Shown: one piece after another, positions 30,379 to 39,517 of the stretch | Layout: each line of letters starts with the position of its first letter | Position numbering within the stretch: the stretch's first letter is position 1 | Assembly: GCA_965203295.1 (NCBI GenBank) | Contig: CBDBCZ010000019.1 | Location: forward strand, 2,464,001 to 2,528,000 | Reading direction: 5' to 3' | DNA length: 64,000 nucleotides | From: Nitrospirales bacterium | GTDB taxonomy: Bacteria > Nitrospirota > Nitrospiria > Nitrospirales > UBA8639 | Notes under the pieces: model-generated | Database searches by the model: none | The model's input: the letters and a program-made list of their open reading frames with translations, nothing else | Told to the model about the DNA's origin: nothing | Made by a program: the position numbers and the translations under genes

Positions 30379-32868
30379 ATGAAAAGCTTTGAAAAACTCA
30401 GGCATTCTTTTTCTCTTTCCATTGGTCAACAACTAATCATGATGGTTTCGGTGTTCATCCTGACTCTAGGTGGTATTCTGGCTTACACTTTTTCGACCGT
30501 TAAGAATTTGGAATTCGACTCCATCGTGGTAGACGTGGCTGGACGCCAGCGGATGATGATCCAACGCTATCTGAACGAGATATTACTGACGTCCAAGGGT
30601 AACCCAAAGGAATATTCACGCACTCAGAAGATCCTCGATCAATCTATTAAGGCTCTTATGAATGGTGGACCTGTGGTCCTCAATATCTATACTCAGGAAA
30701 CGTTCACGTTACCCTCTGCCTCTACGACAAATATTTTCAACAAGTTAATGGAACAGCAAACGTTATTATCAACATTATTCGCCAAAGGTAAAGAATTCCT
30801 TCAACTGACTCATGGAGATCCTTTGCGTCGCGCACAAATGAATTCATTGCTGGAGCTCACCGTTCAACTACAAAAAATTGCTGATGATAGCGTTAAGCTG
30901 TTCAGCGCTCATTCAAGAAATAAAACACTCGCCATGCTCAGGTGGGAGCCTATTTTAGCTCTTCTTTTTGTTCTTTTTAGTATTCTTTTAGCTCGCCAAG
31001 TCATATCAGCCGGTAATCGATTAACCCGTGAAGTCGAACAGAGAAAAAAAGCAGAAAGTGAACGAAATCGATTTTTCTCACTTTCCCAGGACCTATTCTG
31101 TATTTCCAGTTTCGATGGGTTTTTTAAAGCCTTGAATCCCTCCTGGACAAGAACGTTGAGCTACGCCATGGAGGAATTAGAGACGAAGCCATTCCTCGAT
31201 TTCGTGCATCCAGATGACGTACCGTCAACGCAAGCTGAAATGCAACGCCTCTCGAAAGGCCAGACGACGATCCAATTCGAAAATCGTTATCACTGCCACG
31301 ATGGCACATATAAATGGCTCCTTTGGAATGCCACTCCGGATTTGGGGCAACAACTGATTTATGCGACCGCTCATGATATCACCAATCGGAAACGCAACGA
31401 GCAGCAACTGCTTCTGCGCGACCGCTCCATTGAATCTGCGAGTAACGGAATTTTAATTGCAGATGCTCAAACATCTGACATGCCCACGGTGTACTGCAAT
31501 TCAGCCTTTGAGCGAATCACGGGCTACTCTAAACAAGAGGTGATTGGCCAGAACTGCCGATTTCTCCAAGGACAAGATAAAGACCAACCAGAACTCGACA
31601 AACTGAGAACTGCCCTTCAAAATGGTGAGGAATGCCGCGTTGAACTCAGAAATTATAAAAAGGATGGCAGCTTTTTCTGGAATGAATTGTACGTCGCACC
31701 CGTCCGAAACAACCAAAGGGAGGTATCCCATTTTGTCGGAGTCCAAACCGATATCACCGAAGCCAAACAAGCCCGTTTGGCCAGTTTGGAATTAGCGGCC
31801 ATCGTCGAATCCTGTGAAGAAGCCATCATCGGGAAAACCAGCGAAGGAATCATCCAAAGTTGGAACAAAGGAGCAGAGCGCTTATACGGCTATACCGAGA
31901 AAGAGGTTCTAGGAAAATCAATTACCCTATTATTTCCCGAAGACAAGATGCAGGAATTTGAAGACATCATGGGCAAAATCAAGTCACGTCAGGGAGTTCC
32001 ACAATTGGAAACCATACGACGCAGGAAAGATGGAAAGAACATTCAAGTGGCCATCACCATATCTCCCATCACTGATCAAGGAGGACAGCTGATCGGATCG
32101 TCCATCTTAGCGTACGACATCACGGAGCGAAAACAACGTGAAAAGGATCTGGCTGATAAAACTGAGGAATTGGCTCGATCAAACCAAGAATTACAGCAAT
32201 TTGCCTATGTGGCATCGCATGATTTGCAAGAGCCGTTGCAGATGGTTTCCAGTTACACTCAACTTCTCGGAAAACGATACAAGGGGAAACTCGACACCGA
32301 TGCGGATGAGTTTATTGGCTTTGCCGTCGATGGAGCGAATCGGATGCAGCAATTGATCCGTGATCTTTTGGAATACTCTCGAGTTGGCGCGAAAGAAACT
32401 CCGATTGAACCCACGGATTGTCACGCGATTATGCACAACGTCATTGAGAACCTCTCCTCATCAATCAAAGAAACTGAAGCCCATATTACAACCGACAAGT
32501 TGCCCACGTTGAACGCGAATGCCACGCAGCTTTCTCAGCTTTTTCAAAATCTCCTCGGGAATGCGATTAAATTCAAGGGGGAAGGTCGACCGACAGTTCA
32601 CGTGACAGCTAAAAAAGAAAGGATTGATTGGCAATTTGCATTCCGAGACAACGGGATTGGGATTCCAGCTGATCAACAACAACGGATTTTTGATATCTTT
32701 CAACGTCTGTACAGCCGATCCGAATACCCGGGAACGGGGATCGGTCTGGCCATTTGCAAGAAGATTGTCGAACGTCATGGTGGGAGAATTTGGGTAGTCT
32801 CAAGTCCTGGAGAAGGAGCGACCTTTTACTTCACCCTTTCTTCCGACCTGGAGAATTCAGCAACGTGA
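30379..32868 (+). CDS. Membrane histidine kinase: NarX-like P-box sensor, PAS, LOV, PAS, HisKA, HATPase
   Basis: TM1, VDVAGRQRMM, TM2. LOV motifs GQNCRFLQG, NYKKDGSFFWN and FVGVQ. H-box FAYVASHDLQEPL; NLLGNAIKF, DNGIG, GTGIGL. Confidence 0.92.
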   Translation: MKSFEKLRHSFSLSIGQQLIMMVSVFILTLGGILAYTFSTVKNLEFDSIVVDVAGRQRMMIQRYLNEILLTSKGNPKEYSRTQKILDQSIKALMNGGPVVLNIYTQETFTLPSASTTNIFNKLMEQQTLLSTLFAKGKEFLQLTHGDPLRRAQMNSLLELTVQLQKIADDSVKLFSAHSRNKTLAMLRWEPILALLFVLFSILLARQVISAGNRLTREVEQRKKAESERNRFFSLSQDLFCISSFDGFFKALNPSWTRTLSYAMEELETKPFLDFVHPDDVPSTQAEMQRLSKGQTTIQFENRYHCHDGTYKWLLWNATPDLGQQLIYATAHDITNRKRNEQQLLLRDRSIESASNGILIADAQTSDMPTVYCNSAFERITGYSKQEVIGQNCRFLQGQDKDQPELDKLRTALQNGEECRVELRNYKKDGSFFWNELYVAPVRNNQREVSHFVGVQTDITEAKQARLASLELAAIVESCEEAIIGKTSEGIIQSWNKGAERLYGYTEKEVLGKSITLLFPEDKMQEFEDIMGKIKSRQGVPQLETIRRRKDGKNIQVAITISPITDQGGQLIGSSILAYDITERKQREKDLADKTEELARSNQELQQFAYVASHDLQEPLQMVSSYTQLLGKRYKGKLDTDADEFIGFAVDGANRMQQLIRDLLEYSRVGAKETPIEPTDCHAIMHNVIENLSSSIKETEAHITTDKLPTLNANATQLSQLFQNLLGNAIKFKGEGRPTVHVTAKKERIDWQFAFRDNGIGIPADQQQRIFDIFQRLYSRSEYPGTGIGLAICKKIVERHGGRIWVVSSPGEGATFYFTLSSDLENSAT

Positions 32869-33311
32869 AAAGGGGAAATCCTTCGCGAGCTATAGACATA
32901 CTCGTAGTCGAAGATAATCCTGGGGACGTTCGTCTCTTGCAGGAGGCGCTTCACGAGTCTCGTATTGAACATGTTTTGCATCATGTCAGTGATGGAGAAA
33001 AAGCGTTGTCCTTTCTTCACCAAACACATGAATATCGTCAAGCCCAAAGACCAGATCTTATTCTTTTGGATTTCAATCTCCCTAAAAAAGATGGCCGTCA
33101 AGTGCTGGTAGAAATTAAACAGGATAGTCGTTTTCGACACATTCCCGTCATTGTTCTGACCTCTTCCCAATCGCCAGAGGATAGCGCTCAGGCATACGGT
33201 CTTGGGGCTCACTGTTTTTACACCAAACCTCATACTCTCGAAAAATATACAAATCTTGTGAACGAGGTTGAAAATATTTGGGTCGGGTTGTCACACTTGC
33301 AGGATGAATAA
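32865..33311 (+). CDS. Single-domain response regulator (Rcp1-like)
   Basis: ILVVEDNPGD, LILLDFNLPKKDG, VLTSS, TKP. GTGA overlap with the kinase stop. Confidence 0.9.
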   Translation: MKRGNPSRAIDILVVEDNPGDVRLLQEALHESRIEHVLHHVSDGEKALSFLHQTHEYRQAQRPDLILLDFNLPKKDGRQVLVEIKQDSRFRHIPVIVLTSSQSPEDSAQAYGLGAHCFYTKPHTLEKYTNLVNEVENIWVGLSHLQDE

Positions 33312-33329
33312 CGTGAAAGGAATGATTCA

Positions 33330-35081
33330 ATGGGCATGACCAGAGTTCTCCTCACAGAAGACAACCCCGGAGACCAACGACTCCTTAAGGAATTCCTGAA
33401 GGAATCCAAAGATCATAACATCGACGTCACAACGGTCGAGTCCCTACAAGAAAGCTGCGCCCGTCTAACAGATTCTCGCTTTGATTTAGTTTTATTGGAT
33501 TTATCTCTACCAGATAGCCAAGGCCTTGACACATTCAGAAAAATTCATGCCGTTCAACCAACCCTACCCATTGTCGTGTTAACCGGTTTAGACGATCGAG
33601 AAACCGCGATTCAGGCCCTTCGGGAAGGTGCTCAAGATTATCTGATCAAAGGGGAAGTCGGGGGGAACCTTTTGAATCGCGCCATTCAGTATGCAGTTGA
33701 ACGAAGAAAGACTCAAACAGAGCTGGAGCATTTATTCAACCAGGTGGAAAAAAATCGTGATAATTTATTGTCTATTCTGAATGAACTCCACATCGGCACC
33801 TTGTTAATGGATGAACAAGGCGTTGTTCTCTACGCGAGTGTCGTGGCCCATCGTCTATTGGGCAAAACAAATGAAGAATTAGAAGGACAGCCATGGAGCA
33901 AGGGCACAGGTTTCAATAATCAAGACATCGATCAGTTACAGAAAATGCTAGAGCAGGAACCAAAGAACCGAACGAAAGTTTCTGTTTCCCTGACTATGCC
34001 CAAAAACAAACGGCATTGGATTGATGTGGATATTAAAAATGATCCGAGGGACCAACAGGCAAGGATGTTTTTCCTCTACGACGTCACCGAAATTGTTGAT
34101 CTTCGCCGACTCCTGGACGAACAAAGCCCATTTCATGACCTCATTGGGAAAAGCCAGCCCATGCAAGAGGTGTATAAACGCATTCGGACCTTGGCCGAAG
34201 TTGATTCCACCGTCCTCATAGAAGGCGAAACAGGGACAGGAAAAGAGTTGGTCGCGAGAGCCATCCATTTTTCCAGCTCTCGAAAAAACAAGCCTTTCCT
34301 CGCCGTCAATTGCGCGGGCCTTACCGAATCACTTTTGGGGAGTCAGCTATTTGGGCACAAACGGGGTGCTTTCACCGGTGCCTCAACTGACCATAAAGGG
34401 TTTTTTGAAGCCGCAACAGGAGGTACGATCTTCCTTGATGAAATTGGTGACATGCCCATGAGTGTGCAAACTAATCTTCTGCGTGTCCTACAAGAGAAGG
34501 AAATTACCAGACTTGGCGAATCCCAACCACGGAAAGTCGACATGCGGATCGTTACCACTACCCACCAAGATCTAAACAATCAAGTGTCAAAGGGAATTTT
34601 TCGTGCTGACCTTCTCTATCGTATTCGAGTGGGGAGGATTTCCATCCCTCCACTGAGGGAACGCCAAGAAGACATTCCATTAATGGTCGCCGCCTTTCTG
34701 AGTCAATGTCGCAAATCAATGGGAAAATTTCATGTGCAAGAAATCAGCAGTGATGCTCTCAAGTACTTATCTCTGTACCGTTGGCCAGGCAACGTGCGCG
34801 AATTGAAAAGCGTCATAGAATTTTCGGTCCTTCAATGTTCAGATCCCATTATCCACACCAAAGAGCTGCCACCAGAAATTCTTCAAGCCGCCGAATTCCG
34901 CCAAGATACGTCTCCAGCCGCCGCAGTGCCAGATCGAACTGGTTCAGGGGAAAAGGATAAGGACCAAATCCTCAGCGCACTTGAACAAACGAAGGGAAAC
35001 CGAACCGCAGCCGCAAAAATGATGGGGGTCAGTCGTGCCACATTTTATCGTTGGCTCGATGACCTCGGCATTAGTCCCTAA
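33330..35081 (+). CDS. Sigma-54 enhancer-binding response regulator (REC-PAS-AAA+-Fis HTH)
   Basis: Receiver LLDLSLPD, GETGTGKE, GAFTGA, FLDEIG, WPGNVREL, HTH GVSRATFYRW. Confidence 0.93.
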   Translation: MGMTRVLLTEDNPGDQRLLKEFLKESKDHNIDVTTVESLQESCARLTDSRFDLVLLDLSLPDSQGLDTFRKIHAVQPTLPIVVLTGLDDRETAIQALREGAQDYLIKGEVGGNLLNRAIQYAVERRKTQTELEHLFNQVEKNRDNLLSILNELHIGTLLMDEQGVVLYASVVAHRLLGKTNEELEGQPWSKGTGFNNQDIDQLQKMLEQEPKNRTKVSVSLTMPKNKRHWIDVDIKNDPRDQQARMFFLYDVTEIVDLRRLLDEQSPFHDLIGKSQPMQEVYKRIRTLAEVDSTVLIEGETGTGKELVARAIHFSSSRKNKPFLAVNCAGLTESLLGSQLFGHKRGAFTGASTDHKGFFEAATGGTIFLDEIGDMPMSVQTNLLRVLQEKEITRLGESQPRKVDMRIVTTTHQDLNNQVSKGIFRADLLYRIRVGRISIPPLRERQEDIPLMVAAFLSQCRKSMGKFHVQEISSDALKYLSLYRWPGNVRELKSVIEFSVLQCSDPIIHTKELPPEILQAAEFRQDTSPAAAVPDRTGSGEKDKDQILSALEQTKGNRTAAAKMMGVSRATFYRWLDDLGISP

Positions 35082-35118
35082 CCTCAGCCACACTTTTTTA
35101 CTTCCAACCGAAATCCTC

Positions 35119-35247
35119 TGAGACCTCAGTGAGACATATTTTGAGACGGTCGAATGTCTCAAGAACTGTGCCGAATGTCGCACGCAAAAACTCAAATCTC
35201 TGTTTTTAATGGTTTTTTTGTTTAGCCATTATGGCACGTTAATTAAT
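35119..35247 (+). promoter_or_regulatory. Putative enhancer (TGAGAC half-sites; TGAGAC-N8-GTCTCA at 35142-35161) plus degenerate sigma-54 promoter (TGGCAC-N5-TTAAT, 35232-35247)
   Basis: Same motif order and similar spacing as 37545-37687. Confidence 0.6.
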
Positions 35248-35305
35248 TATGTGTGAACAAGTGCAACATCTCTACAGTGCATGATGTTCACAAGAAGATG
35301 AAACC

Positions 35306-35635
35306 ATGTCTCAAGAAAAACCACTTCCTGGCCACGGTTAGGATGATCATTCTCAACCTCAATCATCGGGTAGACCGAAATCACAACAAACGACAGGATA
35401 TGCACGCACCCATGTTTGCCCTCGTTGCGGAGGAACCCTGATCCTCGAGAATCAAACAAACCTGACAAATGATGCAGGGCAGTTATTATTAATCTTCCGT
35501 CGCTGCATACAATGTGGAAACGTCGTTTACCCTGATAATCATCCACGCGAAATGACAGGTTCAAGAGAGGAAAATGTTTCTAAACCGAACAGACAGGAAC
35601 GCTCAAAAAAGCGAAAGCCTAAAAGTCGTCTTTGA
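35306..35635 (+). pseudogene. Small Zn-ribbon (CxxC...CxxC) protein with in-frame TAG at codon 12
   Basis: MSQEKPLPGHG*DDHS...HVCPRCGGTLILE...RRCIQCGNVVYP; paralogous to 37738-38043. Not in the ORF track. Confidence 0.65.
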
Positions 35636-35739
35636 CGGTTAACCCGATGTACGAGGAAACAGAGAATGCGGACTTGACCGCTCATCATGGAGACTAACTG
35701 GAGCAATCCTTAACAACCATAACTCAACGTCACACCGAA

Positions 35740-36192
35740 ATGAGAAAGAAATTGATAAAGCAAACAAAACAGAAAACCCTGGAGATATTGGTGGTCGAAG
35801 ACAACCCTGCCGACATTCGCCTCATGCAAGAGGCCTTAAAGGAAAGCCGACTAACCTCTACTTTGCATGTGGCCAGAGACGGTGTTGAGGCTCTCAAATA
35901 TTTTGAACGAAATATTGAGGACGAATCGAGGCGTTTTCCTGACCTCATTCTCTTAGATCTAAACCTTTCCGGAAGCCATGGGTTTGAGGTGCTTTCTCGT
36001 CTCAAATCCGATCCTCGACTTCTGAGAATCCCGGTCATTGTTCTGAGTTCCTCCGCGAGGCAAGAAGACATCTTAAAATCCTATGATCTCCACGCGAACT
36101 GCTACATACGCAAACCGGTCGACCTCGAACCTTTTGTCGAATTAATTCAATCAATAGAAAACTTTTGGTCGCGCGTTGCCCGACTTTCCTAA
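35740..36192 (+). CDS. Single-domain response regulator (Rcp1-like)
   Basis: ILVVEDNPAD, LILLDLNL, SYDLHANCYIRKPVD, IENFW. Confidence 0.9.
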   Translation: MRKKLIKQTKQKTLEILVVEDNPADIRLMQEALKESRLTSTLHVARDGVEALKYFERNIEDESRRFPDLILLDLNLSGSHGFEVLSRLKSDPRLLRIPVIVLSSSARQEDILKSYDLHANCYIRKPVDLEPFVELIQSIENFWSRVARLS

Positions 36193-36222
36193 TTTCGAAT
36201 AACAAAATCTCTAGGCTAACCA

Positions 36223-36303
36223 TTGGGAGTGACCAAACTGAAAACAAAGAAACCACCCCATGCTAAAAACCCGGTGGTAGTTTGGTTTCGCCAAGATTTG
36301 AGG
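36223..36303 (+). pseudogene. phrB: 5' stub of a DNA photolyase/cryptochrome gene, truncated at the mobile element
   Basis: NPVVVWFRQDLR matches the photolyase N-terminal WFRxDLR motif and stops right at the element boundary. Confidence 0.65.
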
Positions 36304-36309
36304 GGTCAA

Positions 36310-37313
36310 AAATGGGGTCATTGCTTGACTTTATATTTCATTCCCGATAGCCTTCCCCTGCTATGGCTCGACAGTTGCGTCTGGAGTATGAAGGTGCCCT
36401 CTATCATGTGACCGTGCTGGGGAACGGGCAGCAGGTCATCTATATCGATGATACGGACCGAAGCCGATTCCTCGAACTCCTCGGGCGTGAAGTTGGCCAA
36501 CAACACTGGCGATGCTATGCCTATTGTTTGATGGACAACCATTACCACCTCCTGCTCGAAACGCCCGAAGGGAACCTCAGCGGCGGGATGCGACGGCTGA
36601 ATGGGACGTACACGCAAGGGTTTAACCGTCGCTATCGACGGGTGAGGCATGTCCTCCAAGGCCGGTTTAAAAGCCTTCTTGTTGAGAAGGAAGCCTACTT
36701 GTTGGAACTTTGTCGCTATATCGTGCTCAATCCCGTGCGAGCACATTTGGTACGCAAAGTCCAAGATTTGGTCGTGGAGTAGTTATCGGGCGACCGCGGG
36801 TCGGCAGTCCGTCCCGAGGTGGTTGGAGGTGGCGGCGGTCCTCCGCTTCTTTCACCGGACGCAAGAAGCCGCTCAACAGCGCTACCAACAGTTTGTTCGG
36901 GAAGAGGTCGAAGCCCCCTCCACGTGGGCCCAGGTGCGTGGGCAGATATTCTTGGGGAACGAGGCATTCTTGGCCAAAATGGCACAGTTGGTGAAGAGGC
37001 AGTCGCTGACAAATGTCCCTCGTGCACAGACGCAGCCCACCAGCCTGACCTGGGACGAGGTGTTGGCCCGGGTGGGGCACGTGTATCACCTCAAGCCCAA
37101 GGCCCTGCTCACGCGGGCACACCCGGAGGCGTATCAGTGTGCGGCCTGGCTGCTGCGGCGTGTCGCGAACGAACCGCTGGGGGTGGTGGCTCACCGGTTT
37201 GGGGTGTCCCCATCTCGGATCTCTCATATTCAACGGGCTCTCGAGATCCACGGGCTCAGTCATCAGCAGGCCAAGGCGCAGAAATGGTGTCGAGTCAAGC
37301 AATGACCCCATTT
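36310..37313 (+). mobile_element. Y1/HUH (RAYT-like) transposase element with perfect 21-bp terminal inverted repeats
   Basis: AAATGGGGTCATTGCTTGACT (36310-36330) and AGTCAAGCAATGACCCCATTT (37293-37313). The interior is visibly more GC-rich than the flanks. Confidence 0.85.
36363..37305 (+). pseudogene. REP-associated/IS200-like tyrosine transposase with C-terminal HTH, frameshifted at ~36768
   Basis: MARQLR...YHVT...AYCLMDNHYHLL (HUH)...RYIVLNPVRA. An extra T (gat ttg gtc) shifts WSWSSY into the next frame. Confidence 0.88.
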
Positions 37314-37544
37314 CCAATCTTGCCCATGCCGTATCTAGAATCGCTTCAGTAACAGCCTGCAGGCTTCTCAATATACTCGATCTCACCCTGACCACTCTGA
37401 CGGGTCGCATCTAGCTCTCCAAATAATACGCTTTCTCCACTCTGTCCTTCTTTTTTAGCTTTTCCTGCAGAATTTCTACCAAACGATTGGACCGTTTTGC
37501 GTTGTAAGGTCAAAACCGCTCGTCTAGAGGTCGAATCGTCTCAT

Positions 37545-37687
37545 AGACCTCATCATGAGACATTTAAATGAGACATAATGATGTCTCATCCATCCGTTTC
37601 AAGTTTTTGCCAGAATTCTCAATTTAGTCATAAGTATTTAGTTTTTAAAAGAATTTTCAGTTTTATTTTATTGGCACAATAATTGAT
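37545..37687 (+). promoter_or_regulatory. Putative enhancer (TGAGAC-N8-GTCTCA at 37569-37588 plus half-sites), AT-rich spacer and sigma-54 promoter (TGGCAC-N5-TTGAT, 37672-37687)
   Basis: Correct -24/-12 spacing about 50 bp upstream of ORF 37738. The motif is shared with 35119-35247. Confidence 0.7.
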
Positions 37688-37737
37688 TAAGGAATGTCAG
37701 AGAGACATTCGGCGGTAGATAAAAAAGGAGGGAAAAA

Positions 37738-38043
37738 ATGAACACTCAAATATTTCATTCACAAAAAGGAGTGATGCTTCAAGAAGAATGGCGATCTTCA
37801 GAAACGATCGCAAGTTCCAACATGTGTGGACGCTGTGGAGGAATTCTTGTGGTGGAAAACTGCCTAGATGTGAGGGATGAAACTGGACAAATGCGTTTTG
37901 AGGCGATGCGTTGTGTCCAGTGTGGCGACGTTCTGGACCCTCTCATCATGAAAAATAGATCACGCCCAATTGCCAAGCCAATAAAAGCAACATCAAGACG
38001 GTCTTGGCCAAGACTTCAATGTCTGACTCGTCAAGCAACGTAG
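37738..38043 (+). CDS. Small Zn-ribbon protein
   Basis: CGRCGG...RCVQCGDVLDPLIMKNR; strong RBS AAGGAGG. Confidence 0.75.
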   Translation: MNTQIFHSQKGVMLQEEWRSSETIASSNMCGRCGGILVVENCLDVRDETGQMRFEAMRCVQCGDVLDPLIMKNRSRPIAKPIKATSRRSWPRLQCLTRQAT

Positions 38044-38064
38044 GCCAGAGAAAGGAAGGAAATT

Positions 38065-39069
38065 GTGACAACGACATTAACAACCATGAAATCAAAAATC
38101 TTGTTCAATGAAGGAGGAAAAATGGTCATGAGTAACGTATCAAAAACAATTAAGATTTCAGCGATTGCAACGTCTTTTTTGTTCTGTACATGGGCGAATG
38201 TTCAGGCTCAAGGCAAGGAAAATATGGCCCTCATTCCGCAAGGTGAATTCACCATGGGGAGTGCTGACCATAGTGATGAGATTCCTCATCAGGTGGTCCT
38301 GGATTCTTATTACATGGACAAATTTGAGGTTTCGAACAAGGACTACAAGGAATTTATGAAATCGACGGGCCATCCAGCCCCAGCCTACTGGGATGATCCA
38401 AGATTAAATAAGTCCAATCAACCTGTCGTAGGAGTCAACTGGTACGACGGAAATGCGTTCTGTGAATGGAAAGGGAAAAGACTGCCAACTGAGGCGGAAT
38501 GGGAAAGAGCTGCAAAAGATCCTGATGGATCCCATTATCCTTGGGGACACAAGATCGGTCCGACCAAGGCCAATTACGGGCAAAATGTTGGCAAGACCAA
38601 GCCAGTAGACGCCTACCCCGAAGGTGTGAGCGGGTATGGAATGTACAACATGGCAGGTAATGTTTTTGAATGGGTGAGCGACTGGTATGACCCCAATTAC
38701 TTCAAGGTGAGTGCTGCCCTGAATCCTCAAGGTCCTCCGACGGGGTACAACTTTGCCAACCAAGGCCCTGTGAAGGTCTTAAAAGGTGGGTCCTGGCTTG
38801 CTCCAGTCTCTTCGCTTCACACCAGCCACCGTTTCTGGAATCAGCCAGAAAACAACTCCTACGGAGTAGGTCTTGGTTTCCGTTGCGCCCAATCTCTGGG
38901 AGCAGATACTGATGAGATGGTGCGCTACAACTACATGCACGCCCTGATCAGCATGGGCAAGGAGCGTTGGAATGATGCGTTAAAGTCCATCGACAAGGCA
39001 TTGGCCAATGACCCGGAAAACGTAGAATACAAGCAAACTCGAGCACTCATCATGACGCATCTCAATTAG
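38065..39069 (+). CDS. Exported FGE-sulfatase (SUMF1)-fold protein with C-terminal TPR-like helix pair
   Basis: IPQGEFTMGS, PVVGVNW, RLPTEAEWERAA, MAGNVFEWVSDWY, GFRC. The start could be a downstream ATG. Confidence 0.85.
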   Translation: MTTTLTTMKSKILFNEGGKMVMSNVSKTIKISAIATSFLFCTWANVQAQGKENMALIPQGEFTMGSADHSDEIPHQVVLDSYYMDKFEVSNKDYKEFMKSTGHPAPAYWDDPRLNKSNQPVVGVNWYDGNAFCEWKGKRLPTEAEWERAAKDPDGSHYPWGHKIGPTKANYGQNVGKTKPVDAYPEGVSGYGMYNMAGNVFEWVSDWYDPNYFKVSAALNPQGPPTGYNFANQGPVKVLKGGSWLAPVSSLHTSHRFWNQPENNSYGVGLGFRCAQSLGADTDEMVRYNYMHALISMGKERWNDALKSIDKALANDPENVEYKQTRALIMTHLN

Positions 39070-39087
39070 GATTTGCTACGAGATTGG

Positions 39088-39117
39088 CTGGATGGTCGGC
39101 AATCGCTGACCATCCAG
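39088..39117 (+). other. Intergenic stem-loop (13-bp stem with one G-U pair, 4-nt loop)
   Basis: CTGGATGGTCGGC-AATC-GCTGACCATCCAG. No U-tract, so more likely an mRNA stabiliser than a terminator. Confidence 0.55.
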
Positions 39118-39157
39118 TCCCGCATCAGCCGAAGTCAATCGCCAAGAGAGTTTCAAC

Positions 39158-39517
39158 ATGAGCAAGCTAATCATCTTCATCGTGCTCTTCACTGCGACAT
39201 GGGGCACACAAGCAACAGCAAATCCGATCCACCTGCCGAACAATCATAAGATGGACATGCAGTCATCCATACACGATTCCTCTCACGCCGTCGATGAGGC
39301 ATGGGAGGCATTTCATCGCGCCGCTCTTGGCGGAACGCTCGCCTCCCCTGCCGTCCAAGTCGATATCGAATTATCCCTTCACAAGGCCAGAGAACTTCTC
39401 ATCATGGCGAATGATTCTATGGATGAAGGAGACAAACAAACTGTTGTCCATCTGTCATCTGAGATCATACAGATCACAGAAAAAATCAAACGAGAAAGTC
39501 AGAGGACGAAACGATGA
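39158..39517 (+). CDS. Exported small helical His-containing hypothetical protein
   Basis: Signal peptide ending ATA; ATGA overlap with the next gene. Confidence 0.7.
   Translation: MSKLIIFIVLFTATWGTQATANPIHLPNNHKMDMQSSIHDSSHAVDEAWEAFHRAALGGTLASPAVQVDIELSLHKARELLIMANDSMDEGDKQTVVHLSSEIIQITEKIKRESQRTKR

Noticed and set aside
36710..37414. Long overlapping ORFs on both strands of the transposase
   Set aside because: Expected from high GC content; no motifs, so treated as shadow ORFs.
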